In this document: one piece after another, positions 1 through 11,529 of the stretch
Layout of the letters: each line of letters opens with the position of its first letter
Position numbering within the stretch: the stretch's first letter is position 1
DNA from: Nemertoderma westbladi
Lineage: Eukaryota; Animalia; Xenacoelomorpha
Assembly: GCA_032718475.1 (NCBI GenBank)
Contig: JAUCBJ010004651.1
Location: 79,253 to 143,252 of the forward strand
Direction of reading: 5' to 3'
Length of the DNA: 64,000 nucleotides
The notes under the pieces: model-generated
Seen by the model: only the letters and a program-made list of their open reading frames with translations
Told to the model about the DNA's origin: nothing
The model's database searches: none
Translations under genes and position numbers: made by a program

Positions 1-230
1 TGCCAAAGGTCTGAAAGCGCGAACAGTGGGCGTATTAAAAAGTATCAGATAAGGCATATAAACTACTACATAACTTGTTGAAATCGGAGTAGGAGATAAA
101 GGTTTATTAAGTTATTTTTATCACACTGACAACATTGAAACCTTCCTTACATACCGTGTAGTGCGTTACATACCACTAATAAACAGAAACTAACCAACAT
201 AACTTAATTCAAACCATTTTATTGTATCAG

Positions 231-1426
231 GGCGAACGTCGAGTATCAGCCACGAAGTGCTCGGGTTCGATACCGAGGGAAACCCATTGGATTTCTCCAA
301 CGGGCGAACTGTAGAGGAAATCTGTGAAACCGCCTCCAAACTCATCACACTCATAGACCTCGCCGGCCACCACAAATACCTAAAGACCACGATATTCGGG
401 CTCACAGGCCACTGTCCCGACTTCGCTATGCTTGTCGTCGGCGCCAACATGGGTCTGGTCGGCATGGCTCGCGAGCACCTGGGCATCGCGCTCGCCCTCC
501 AGGTCCCCATATTCGTGGTCGTCTCCAAGATCGATCTGTGCCCTGCGCGGGTCACGGACGCCACTTTGCGGCAGGTCGAGTCCCTGCTGAAGAGCCCCGG
601 GTGCAACCGGGTCCCGCACCGGGTCGTCGACGCCGGTGACGTCACCGTCGCGGCGCAACGTTTCCCGGAGGGCGCCGTGACCCCGGTGTTCGCGATCTCG
701 TCCGTGTCCGGGGAGAACCTCGGGTTGCTGAAGCGGTTCCTCAACCTGTTGGCGCCGGGCCGCAGTCGGGTGGAGTTGGAGAGGCTGAGTCAGGAGGAGA
801 CGGAGTTCCGTGTGGAGGAGACGTTCGAGGTGGGGGCCGTGGGTGGCGCTCTGTGTGGTGAGGGGGGCGCGGGGGGCACTCAGTGCGGCTCGGGGGGCAC
901 TCAGTGCGTGGTTGGGGGAGCCTTACAACGCGGCGTCGTCCGCGAAGGCGACGAACTGGCTGCGGGGCCGCGAGTCGACGGCTCTTTCTTCCGGGTCCGA
1001 GTGGTCTCGGCGCGCCGCAACCGGACCCCGTGCCGCGTGGTCCGCGCCGGCCAGTGCGCCACGCTGGCGCTGGAGGGCGCTACACCCTCGGCCTACCGCA
1101 AGGGGATGGTGTTGCTGAGCGGGTTGCTTGGGGTTCACGCCTGCGACACGTTCGAGGCCGACGTCTACGTTCTTTTCCACGGGAGCGCCATCTGTCGCGG
1201 CTTCCAGGCCACCGTCCACGTAGGTAATGTGTGCCAGACCGCCGCGATAGTTCGTCTCAGCACCACTAAGGGGCTGCGGACTAACGAGACCGCCACCGTG
1301 ACCTTTCGCTTTCTGCGTCACCCAGAATTTATTAACGTCGGCGCTAAACTCCTCATGCGAGAACGATCTACTAAGGGGATTGGACACGTTACTAAAACCT
1401 TCCCAATGGGCGACGACCCAACGTGA
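231..1426 (+). CDS. GTPBP2: GTP-binding protein 2 (translational GTPase, GTPBP1/2 family), 3'-terminal coding exon; upstream exons lie outside the window
   Basis: Acceptor tttattgtatcag|gg at 231 (phase 1) gives GRTSSISHEVLGFD...DLAGHHKYLKTTIFGLTGHCPDFA...REHLGIALALQVPIFVVVSKIDLC. It continues through EF-Tu-like domains II/III (FQATVHVGNVCQTA, GLRTNE, FRFLRHPE, TKGIGHV) to TGA at 1424-1426. SSISxE and SKIDL motifs favour GTPBP2 over GTPBP1. Confidence 0.93.
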
Positions 1427-1940
1427 CGTGACGTCACGCAGTCTAGTAGTCCTAGCAACGTTGGAAGTCGTATTAACTTATTAGTTTTGGTTTGATTTTA
1501 TTAGGTGTAGTGAGTTATACTATTACAATAATATTATTCCCTTACACTTTGCTTTTTATTAATTAATTATTAGTTCACTTTTTATTAATTAATTATTAGT
1601 TCACTTTTATTAATTAATTATTGGTTTAATTTTAATTTTTAGTGTCATAATTAATTAGCTAGAACAATAATTATTAGTTCCATTGATTTAATCGTACTCA
1701 TTTATGTCATTCTCGGTTGCGAGATTTATACATTTTGCAATATTAGTGGTTAATATTTTAGTATAGTTGCAACCTATATCGCCCCGATGCTTTTAATAAT
1801 CTCATTCTCATACATTGCAGTCACAATAATAATTTATACTTTGTTTATAATATCTAACCTTTAGCATTAGGTTTTTCTCACTTATCTGCTTACAAAATAA
1901 AATATTTCAAATGTTGAACAAAAGAACGCACTGATGGCAT

Positions 1941-3423
1941 AATTAATCAGGTACACATGCAGCTATCATAGTTAATCAGGTACACATGTAGCTATCATAG
2001 TTAATCAGGTACACATGTAGCTATCATAGTTAATCAGGTACACATGCAGCTATCATAGTTAATCAGGTACACATGTAGCTATCATAGTTAATCAGGTACA
2101 CATGTAGCTATCATAGTTAATCAGGTACACATGCAGCTATCATAGTTAATCAGGTACACATGCAGCTATCATAGTTAATCAGGTACACCTGTAGCTATCA
2201 TAGTTAATCAGGTACACATGCAGCTATAATAGTTAATCAGGTACACATGCAGCTATCATAGTTAATCAGATACACATGCAGCTATCATAGTTAATCAGGT
2301 ACACATGTAGCTATAATAGTTAATCAGGTACACATGCAGCTATAATAGTTAATCAGGTACACATGCAGCTATAATAGTTAATCAGGTACACATGCAGCTA
2401 TCATAGTTAATCAGGTACACATGCAGCTATCATAGTTAATCAGATACACATGCAGCTATCATAGTTAATCAGGTACACATGCAGCTATAATAGTTAATCA
2501 GGTACACATGTAGCTATAATAGTTAATCAGGTACACCTGCAGCTATAATAGTTAATCAGGTACACATGCAGCTATCATAGTTAATCAGGTACACATGCAG
2601 CTATCATAGTTAATCAGATACACATGCAGCTATCATAGTTAATCAGGTACACATGTAGCTATCATAGTTAATCAGGTACACATGCAGCTATAATAGTTAA
2701 TCAGGTACACATGCAGCTATCATAGTTAATCAGGTACACATGCAGCTATCATAGTTAATCAGATACACATGCAGCTATCATAGTTAATCAGGTACACATG
2801 TAGCTATAATAGTTAATCAGGTACACATGCAGCTATAATAGTTAATCAGGTACACATGCAGCTATAATAGTTAATCAGGTACACATGCAGCTATAATAGT
2901 TAATCAGGTACACATGCAGCTATCATAGTTAATCAGGTACACCTGTAGCTATCATAGTTAATCAGGTACACATGCAGCTATCATAGTTAATCAGGTACAC
3001 ATGCAGCTATCATAGTTAATCAGGTACACATGCAGCTATCATAGTTAATCAGGTACACCTGTAGCTATCATAGTTAATCAGGTACACATGCAGCTATCAT
3101 AGTTAATCAGGCAGATGCAGCTATCATAGTTAATCAGGTACACATGCAGCTATCATAGTTAATCAGGTACACATGTAGCTATCATAGTTAATCAGGTACA
3201 CATGCAGCTATCATAGTTAATCAGGTACACATGCAGCTATCATAGTTAATCAGGTACACATGTAGCTATCATAGTTAATCAGGTACACCTGTAGCTATCA
3301 TAGTTAATCAGGTACACATGCAGCTATCATAGTTAATCAGGTACACATGCAGCTATCATAGTTAATCAGGTACACCTGTAGCTATCATAGTTAATCAGGT
3401 ACACATGCAGCTATCATAGTTAA
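1941..3423. repeat. 29-bp minisatellite (ATCATAGTTAATCAGGTACACATGCAGCT), about 51 copies
   Basis: Tandem array read directly; few variants (atc/ata, tgc/tgt, cat/cct). Confidence 0.97.
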
Positions 3424-5340
3424 TGGGTCCAAGTAGAGAAATTAGTACATTTTGAGAATACGAGTTTGTTTACATTTCTGTTCATTATTTTAATGTTGTT
3501 TCAACGTTTTCTTTATTAATTTTTATTTATTAATATTCAATATGGAGCTATTTAATATTTATACTCATGGCTTTACGAATTTTGTCTCTGATCTGGTTTA
3601 TTTAGGATTTATATTTAGGTTCAATTTATTGTTTGTTGGTTAATATTGAGGCTACGGTTTTGTATATTTTGGAATAATTTTGGTTTTAGTGCTGATGTTC
3701 TATGTGAAGCAAATGGTGCCATAATGTTTTTATAGTATTATTATTTTATATAAATTGTAATTAACTTTGTCAATAAAGTCTAAATGAAGCTGCGAGAAAC
3801 TGATATTTATGTTTGTTCATCGCATAACCAGTGTAACTATTAATATTGGAAGCGGAAGGTGTCCGAGGCGGAGAGTGGCCAACTGCTGCTCTAAGGGGAC
3901 TATTACCCCCAACCGACCGACCAACTGACCTGCACAAAAGTTTCCATATTTCTCGTACAAACGGTTTTTTGTGACGTGACGTTCAAAGGGGGGGGGGGGG
4001 GGGGGGGGTCGAAAATAGTAAAAAAAGAGCGTGACATCATTTGTGCACTGCACAGACCCTTCCCTTGGTATAATAATTGTAGAGAGTGCAAATAGAAACT
4101 CGAAATAAGGTGTCCTATATAAATAATAAATATATAGTATACAATACTCTGTATATATTTATTATACTCACATATTTTTTACTCACAATACTCTTAATTA
4201 AACGAAGTGGAGCTATAAAAAAATAAAACGAGTAGGACCCAATTTATCTTAGACAAGTTTAAAATATCGTAAAATCCTTGTCGTGTTATCCCGAGAAATT
4301 GATTTCACTAATACTGTTGTACACAAGACTACCTGGTGACAGGCTCTTCCTGTAAAGCAAGAATGGTGCTAGTTTTTAATTATTATTATAATTTTTTTTT
4401 TTGGGGGGGGGGGGGTTACGGCGTAAAAGAGTTGGTACCAGGCAGCAAGTCAGAACCCACCTGTCAAAATTACGAGTAAATTAATCGGGAAACAAAAAGC
4501 GACGGAAGCAAATTCTGCACCTATTCGGCGCACAATGATGCCCTGCTGCAAACAACCTCTAATTAATGAAACGTAAAACTGTATTTGAATAGAAAACTCA
4601 GCAAATTCCCGTGATGTACAGATAGTAAGGTTAGTTGGCGGTAATCACCTCATCAAGTTGGCAAATATTTGCCGGTTACCAACTATATACAAGCCCTCGC
4701 ACTGATTGGCAAACACCGAATCTCAAGATAAGAGACCCTACACAATTATGACGGCTAGTTAAAATCAACGGCCTTTTCGGGGAATTTAAACACGTCCAAT
4801 CCTCCCACGTGCCTACTAGCCTAACCATGCGGCTATGTTTGTCGTTTGATTTAACGAAGTGTTTTATGTCATTGCGGTGTGTAATTGCAGTCTTGTCGTT
4901 AACATCATCCACACCATTACCAGTTTGAAGCACGTTCCGGCATCGTATAGGAATCACTAATTATTAAACACATTTACGCAACGTTATGTTTCAAATGATA
5001 TTATTCATTGAGCACGCGTTCTGTTTTTTCCTTTGAATTGCCTAAGAAGAGTCCTTACGGGCGCTAACCTTAAGCAATGATTGGATGAAATCTGAAAGGA
5101 ACTCTTATCTGATTGGATGAAGCAGACAAATTCAAAGTTACTTATATAATAACAGGTAATAAATACTGACGTAGCTGAAGAAGATGATGAAAATATATTT
5201 TACTGAATTGTGTCTTGTGAGGTGCCATTTTTTCTTTCTCGGCTTCTTTTCATATATCAAACGTTTTGTAATAGTTTTCTTAGATTTTAAGTTATAATTT
5301 TAAATCTACCGTTTTTTTCACACATACGAGGTTCACTTAG

Positions 5341-5347
5341 TATAAAG
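5341..5347 (+). promoter_or_regulatory. Candidate TATA box of the knottin gene
   Basis: TATAAAG 73 nt upstream of the ATG at 5414; two reverse CCAAT motifs (GATTGG) near 5079 and 5111. Confidence 0.5.
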
Positions 5348-5413
5348 GGCTTATTATAAGCCACTGAGAATTTTTACAATATTATTGTACTTTCATTTAA
5401 ATCACCAATCATT

Positions 5414-5480
5414 ATGGAGATTATCCCAATTTATAGACTTTGTATCATGTCGTTTTTGATCGTCGCAACTTCATCTAGAG
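5414..5480 (+). CDS. Knottin prepropeptide exon 1: signal peptide MEIIPIYRLCIMSFLIVATSSR(G)
   Basis: ATG at 5414, hydrophobic core LCIMSFLIVA followed by small residues TSS/RG, consensus donor AG|GTGAGT at 5481 (phase 1). Confidence 0.75.
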
Positions 5481-5984
5481 GTGAGTGGCTGGTCTGCTAT
5501 ACAAAACGAATAGCTCGAATCATTTGCGTGAGCCCCGACACTTACCGAATCTTTTGACACTGAAATAAATGAATTTCATGAAGCAATGAATTTGTATTGC
5601 TTGCTGATTGCTCGCAGTTCTGACTCTCCCCACAATGCTAGAATTATTAGTTTGGTGGTGCGTTTTTATGGCTTTCTATTCGATCCTCTATAATTATATA
5701 CAAACACTAAACGAATCCTTGAATAGCGCACGCCTCTGATGTGGGCCCTACTAAACTTACTTGCAGGTGTTTCAGAATTTTTTTTTCAATTATGAAAATA
5801 TATTTGGCCTGACAACTTAAACCCAGTTTACAGAATTTGAATTTATATATTTACCTCTTCGTTCACCTCTTACATTAGGTATTCACAAATTTCCTAAAAC
5901 ATAAGAGGGATTAAAGTGACCATCAAGAGATAAATTGTGATTTTAACAGTGTAGGCCTCATTGGACTAGGAGACTGGTAGAAAC

Positions 5985-6645
5985 TCAGAACTGGCAATGC
6001 AGTAAAGTATGCTTACACAGTAGAAGTTCAAAACCGCTTTGAAGTACTTCATTCAGTCAATGGATGAAGACCATCAGTCTACCGATTCAATATACCAGAA
6101 TATAATAACAGCCCACAAGGAATCAGCTAAGAGGCATATTCCCCAGAAACCCAAACGAAAACATTATGTGCCATGGCAAGACTCTGGGGTTACTTGTAAG
6201 AGAGGTTACTTGTTAAGATAGCCTACAAAGTAAAAACCGAACAACCAACAACCGAAAACATTAACAAGGTTGAGAAAGCTAAGGACGATATTAAATTGGC
6301 CTACAACATCAGCCAGGAGAAGTACATACAGGACAAAATTGAAGCAATTACAACTACTCACATACAGCAACAATCAAGACTTACCTGGCAAACTGTAAAT
6401 TAGGTATCTGGTCGGAAAAGTTGTGATAAGGGGCGCCTCAAAGCTCTCATTTCCACTGTCCGAGTTCGCTCGACCTAGTAGTAGTAGTAAAGCTGATATG
6501 ATAGTCAGTCCTGAAGAACGTGTTGGGAAATGAAAAGTTCACTTCAGCAACTTGCTTGGGCAGCCACCAAACATCGAGGTCAGCCCTACAAGGAAAATAC
6601 AGTATATGACAAGACGCTACCTATAGAAACAGGGGACTTCACACC
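5985..6645 (+). mobile_element. Degenerate RTE-like LINE, 5' part (linker before RT)
   Basis: Degenerate translation YTVEVQNRFEVL...KPKRKHYVPW...TWQTVN...KGRLKA...IETGDFTP, which resumes as AELQ after the 6646-9063 insertion. Confidence 0.7.
6446..6488 (+). mobile_element. 43-bp 5'-truncated LINE 3' end with (AGT)n tail
   Basis: Identical to the LINE 3' end at ~9985-10023; flanked by 6-bp direct repeat AAAGCT (6440-6445, 6489-6494). Confidence 0.8.
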
Positions 6646-7132
6646 GGATAATTATAAAACCCGAAAATAACGAAATGATCGAAACGAAATGAAAAAGACG
6701 AAATGATCAACGAAAATATCGAATTTATCAAACAATCTGCAAATTCTCGCTTTCCAGTACAATAGGTATTATTAGAAGGCACACTTTACATTTTTAAATT
6801 AATCAAATCCGATAATTTCGCCCCATTTTCGACCTTAAAAGTAATTTAATACCAAATACTGTCTGCTGGTTGGTTGTTGTGTTAGCTGTTGACCAATGGC
6901 GGCTTGGATGAAATCAGTGTACTGCAGTATTGGTCTGGTGAATTACAGATGTGGCGCTACAGGTGTACTGGTGTACATCTTCAACAGTACAACCAGGCCA
7001 TGGTCAGCATGGTACAATAGCACGGTACAATAGCATTTAACATTACATATGAATCATATCAGTGCGGTATTAATTCGAGTCATTGCTTTTAACGTCAATG
7101 TTGATTATTATGGGGGGGGGGGGGGGGGGGGG

Positions 7133-7203
7133 TTGTGGGGCACACCGGATTTGAACCTGAGCAGCCAATCACTATTTTGCACTGTATCCACTCGGACATT
7201 GTA
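7133..7203 (-). other. tRNA-derived (Pol III A/B box) sequence inside the MULE-like element
   Basis: Minus strand has TGTCCGAGTGG (A box) and GGTTCAAATCC (B box) at tRNA-like spacing; no intact cloverleaf seen. Confidence 0.45.
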
Positions 7204-7808
7204 ATTTCGTACAATACATAGTATTCGACACTTTACCTACGGTTATAGCCAATAGAGGGGAGCCTATGGGTCACCAATAACTTTGCTTAGGCTAAGATCT
7301 GCCCCAAAAAGAAACACTCTGTAACCCGCCATATGAAATTGTTTACCAAACGGCTAGTATAAAATAAATAAAACCAATAAAATAAATAAGTCGAAGAAAG
7401 ATCGCAAAATGATTAAAGTAAGAATTAATTAAGATAAATTAAGTGACGAGTCTTGTAAGTGAAAAGCGAGACGCAGATGGGATAGATCGTCCGGTTTAGT
7501 AGAAGGCTGCATTGTAACGAGTGTAGAATATCTGTGGCAGGCGTGCCACAAAACCGACAATGGCAGGAGTCAGAAGGCCTCCCTCCAACAAGAGTGAACA
7601 CAGTTACTTGCTAATCCCGCACCAAATTAATATGACAAATTGCAATATTATATTTATACTGTATTACAGTAGTTTACTACATGCTACATTTTACACCGAA
7701 ATTAAACCATCACAACAACTGTACCAAATTTAAGTTTAAATAAATTTTACCAGAATTAGTTATAGTTGTACTAAAATTAAACTGTTACTTCAGTTCAGGG
7801 CGCGGAGT

Positions 7809-7956
7809 TCGTCTCTAGATAAGTTGTTTCGTCTCTAGATAGGTTGTTTCGTCTCTAGAGGTTGTTTCGTCTCTAGATAGGTTGTTTCGTCTCTAGATAG
7901 GTTGTTTCGTCTCTAGATAGGTTGTTTCGTCTCTAGATAGGTTGTTTCGTCTCTAG
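7809..7956. repeat. 20-bp tandem repeat (GTCTCTAGATAGGTTGTTTC), about 7 copies
   Basis: Read directly. Confidence 0.92.
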
Positions 7957-8069
7957 GTTGGTTGGGTGACCTGAGGTCAACTCAACCCGCCCTACCCCAA
8001 ACTGTATCGAAACCGTTGTAAACTCGTTCTCCCTCAGGGAATCCATCATTTGCCTAATTCGGTAGGCCT

Positions 8070-8300
8070 TGGTTTAATGGACTCCGTCACCAACGTCCCA
8101 GGCTGCCAGGTTTAAAAGAGACCATGGTTCCAGGTTTAATAGACTCCGTCTCCATCGTTCCGGGTATAATAGACCCCGTCGCCATTGTTCCGGGTTTAAT
8201 TCTACTCCGTAGCCATCATTCTAGGTTTAATAGACTCCGTCGCCATCGTTCTGGGTTCAATAGACTCCGTCGCCATCGTTCCGGTTTAATAGACTCCGTT
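8070..8300. repeat. Degenerate ~30-bp tandem repeat (GGTTTAATAGACTCCGTCGCCATCGTTCC)
   Basis: Read directly; explains the 8124-8318 ORF. Confidence 0.8.
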
Positions 8301-8454
8301 GCTCTGATAGTCCTGTAGTAATCTGTTGTTGAACTACCTCCTAATGCTGAATGCAGAATACCTAATCCCCTATCGTTCAGTGTTGGTTTAGGGTACCGGT
8401 GTCCCAGTCGAAATTGCCCCCCTGTAGAATACCCCCCCCCCCCCGGGCGTAATC

Positions 8455-8697
8455 GCCTAGCGCGTAATGACCCCCCGGGTATGCTCGCCTAGTGCGTAAT
8501 GACCCCCGGGGTAAACTCGCCTAGCGCGTAATGACCCCCCGGGTATGCTCGCCTAGCGCGTAATGACCCCCCGGGTATGCTCGCCTAGTGCGTAATGACC
8601 CCCGGGGTAAACTCGCCTAGCGCGTAATGACCCCCCGGGTATGCTCGCCTAGTGCGTAATGACCCCCGGGGTAAACTCGCCTAGCGCGTAATGACCC
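8455..8697. repeat. 32-bp GC-rich tandem repeat with two variants (CGCCTAGCGCGTAATGACCCCCCGGGTATGCT / ...CCCCCGGGGTAAACT)
   Basis: Read directly, about 8 copies. Confidence 0.9.
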
Positions 8698-9063
8698 TCT
8701 TCCGCGCCAAATGCCCCACCCCAATTGCAAAGAATTAAGATAAGATTCAGAATTAAGATAAATAAGCTGACAGTGCAGCAGTTAACGGTGATGGTAGGGC
8801 TGCAAATTAATATCCCGCCTCAATGTTAAAGTCTCAATTTAGGGAAAGGAGCAGGTTACAGTGGCACGTTATTTTAACCAAAACAATAAACTAAACACAA
8901 TAGAACAGGTTACAGTTTTATTTTTGAGAATAATCCGCTGTTATTTGCGTCGAATATTCCCTGGAGAGGGATGAATTGTTATTGCGTCCAGATTGTTTGA
9001 TAAATTCGATATTTTCGTTGATCATTTCGTCTTTTTCGTTATTTTCGGGTTTTATAACTATCC

Positions 9064-10023
9064 CTCCACACCCGCCGAACTCCAATGGATTAGATTAAAT
9101 CCCTGCAGAGGTATGTATGGAAAACAGGAGTGCTAAACAGACCATTATTGGATGTTTGCAACCGGATGCTGAAAGGGGAAAAGCCACCACCAATTTGTAC
9201 TAAAGGTCAACTAAAGCCTCTCCCTAAGAGGAGACCTCGGTGTACTAACATACTATCGTGGGGTCTATCTGCTTATGGTAACCTGCCAAAATACATCACA
9301 AAATGATTCTATAGGCCCCTATACTGTAAAATTAGACCTCACATAGAGAAACTGCTGCGTAAGAGCCAAAACGATCATGACATTTAATTCATGACATTTA
9401 ATGTTAATGGAAACTTGACAACATGTGATAATAATCAACTAAGGAAAAGGTTGATGACTTCCAGTACCTTGGATCATGGATAGAGAGTAGCAAAAAAGAC
9501 AGAAGTTAGGAAAGCTAAGGCTTGGATAGCTCTATTAAAAATGGATACCATCTGGAAATCAGATCTCTCCAGGCACCTGAAGATTAAGTTCTTTCGAGCC
9601 ACAGTGGAAAGTGTACTTTTATACAGGGGTGAGACCTGGACACTGACGAAATCACTTGAACACCGAATTGATGGTTGCTACACAAGACTACTAAGGGCAG
9701 CCCTAAACATCAGCTGGAGACAACACATGACAAACGCCGAGCTCTATGGTACTATACCACCTGTATCAACCACCCTCCGTGAATGCAGATTAAGATTCAG
9801 TGGGCACTGCTGGAGAAGTAAAGACGAGGTCATACCAGATCTACTTTTCTGGCAACCAACTCATGGAAAGCGTACCCGTGGACGACCGGCTATAACATAT
9901 GTATATAGACCAGCTTGAAAGGGATACTGAACTTGAGAGAAACGAAATTGCGACAACTATGGAGAATCGGGAAGCCTAGAAGGATCTCATTTCCACTGTC
10001 CGAGTTCGCTCGACCTAGTAGTA
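9064..10023 (+). mobile_element. Degenerate RTE-like LINE, 3' part (internally deleted RT, C-terminus, AGT tail)
   Basis: KVDDFQYLGSW and ORF IWKSDLSRHLKIKFFRATVESVLLY.ETWTLTK...RLRFSGHCWR...GKRTRGRP; ends ...CGACCTAGTAGTAG. Confidence 0.85.
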
Positions 10024-10138
10024 GGGCCTACTGTAGTAGGAGGCCTCATTGTTTATACTTTGTCCTAAATTAACTCATTTTTTGCTGTATGTCCCCAATA
10101 TCAGTTATGCGATCCCCCAGATTTTGGCTTCTGCCCCC

Positions 10139-10170
<32 letters not shown>

Positions 10171-11529
10171 ATCCCTAGATATTATGATCCCCATTCATAC
10201 GGTTCTGGAGTTAATCTGTGAAATCCTGGAAGATATAATACAACATCGAATACGAATAGGTAGGTATTCAGTGCATCTGGTATACCTACTGTACAACAGT
10301 GATGTGTGTTGTATTGTTAAAATAATTGGTTGTGTCACAAGAAAGATAGGCTAAGCTAAACAAGTGTAATTTAATTAATTCACGAAAGGGTAATTTTCCA
10401 CCTGCAACGCATTCAAATGATATCTGTGCACCACAGGCCTTACTCTTGTCATCAATTTCCCTACGGCGGAAGTGTAAGAATGAAATCTTTGTCTAATAGC
10501 TATCTTGAGATTTTACGGTAATTCCAATTTCCAACACGCCACAACCATTATGGATGCTACTCACGTTCGTGGGGATTGAATTTCAATACTTGTAACAACC
10601 CTAGCAGCTGCGGCATCTGATTCGCGGACTACTGATTAGGTTATAGTTGAAATCTACAGTTTTATTTTCTTCTATCGCCGATAAGTTTCGATCCTACTCT
10701 ATGGTCACATTTTGATCAACGTTTCATCAAAAGATAGATCAAGTTATTTGACTATTATTCATCACAATTGCATTAACACAATTGGCTAATTTTATTATCA
10801 AAAGGGAAAGGGTAAATGTGTCACTCAACTATCGTTTTGGTGCTTTTCTGGTGGGACGAAAAATACAAGTAGCATAAAATTTCAAAAGGAAAAAATTGAA
10901 TTTGGTTGGATAATACGATATTTTTGAGTGTCATACTCGTGATCAGCATCCCAAAGAACCTATATGGTCATAAAATCAATTTAATTTTGGGGTGGTTTTT
11001 CATTATCGAATTTGCACACTTGTTTTTTTCGTGCCCCAGAGGGCACATTTAAAATTACCAAAAATTTTCTCGAATGTTATATTTGAGTTCTATAATCGTG
11101 ATCAGTGTCCAAAAAACCGTTATACCGCAAATAACGTAATTTTAGTAAAATATAAAAACTTTTGAAAATTTTAGCACGAAAAATACTGGAGATGGATGCC
11201 AGAAAGGAACCACAGCACGAAAACTACATTGCCATGTAAATGGCGTTTGCTTTGCTGGATAGCCCATTAAATTTTAGAAAAAGTCACGAAATCTCGGTTT
11301 TCCCAACAAACCTGACTCAGAGTTACAGATAAATTACTGCACAAAAAAATATAAAATGACCCCCCCCCCCGGGCCAAATACCTAGGTTTAAGATATAAAG
11401 TATGTAAAATACAGATAAATGCAGTTGATATATCGATCGAAGTTAATTGTATACTGTAGATTAAAAATTATTATTAAACTGCAAGAATCCCTGTAGTAAT
11501 GATGAACAAGGAAAAGTAAACTACGCAAT

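Larger units (their letters stand above)
6646..9063. mobile_element. Non-autonomous Mutator-like (MULE) DNA transposon
   Basis: Inverted termini GGATA(a/g)TTATAAAACCCGAAAATAACGAAA...ATCGAATTTATCAAACAATCTG, about 75-95 bp. 9-bp near-TSD CTTCACACC (6637-6645) / CTCCACACC (9064-9072). Splits the LINE reading frame. Confidence 0.8.

Noticed and set aside
190-1387. Antisense and alternative-frame ORFs over GTPBP2
   Set aside because: Expected shadows of a GC-rich exon.
1941-3423. Possible CRISPR array (also considered for the 60-bp and 36-bp arrays)
   Set aside because: Units are contiguous with no unique spacers, there are no cas genes, and the context is eukaryotic.
4780-4930. Possible decayed BED zinc-finger/hAT coding remnant on the minus strand
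   Set aside because: Only vague motif echoes (VW..DKTAI, TTNIAA) across frameshifts; cannot be supported.
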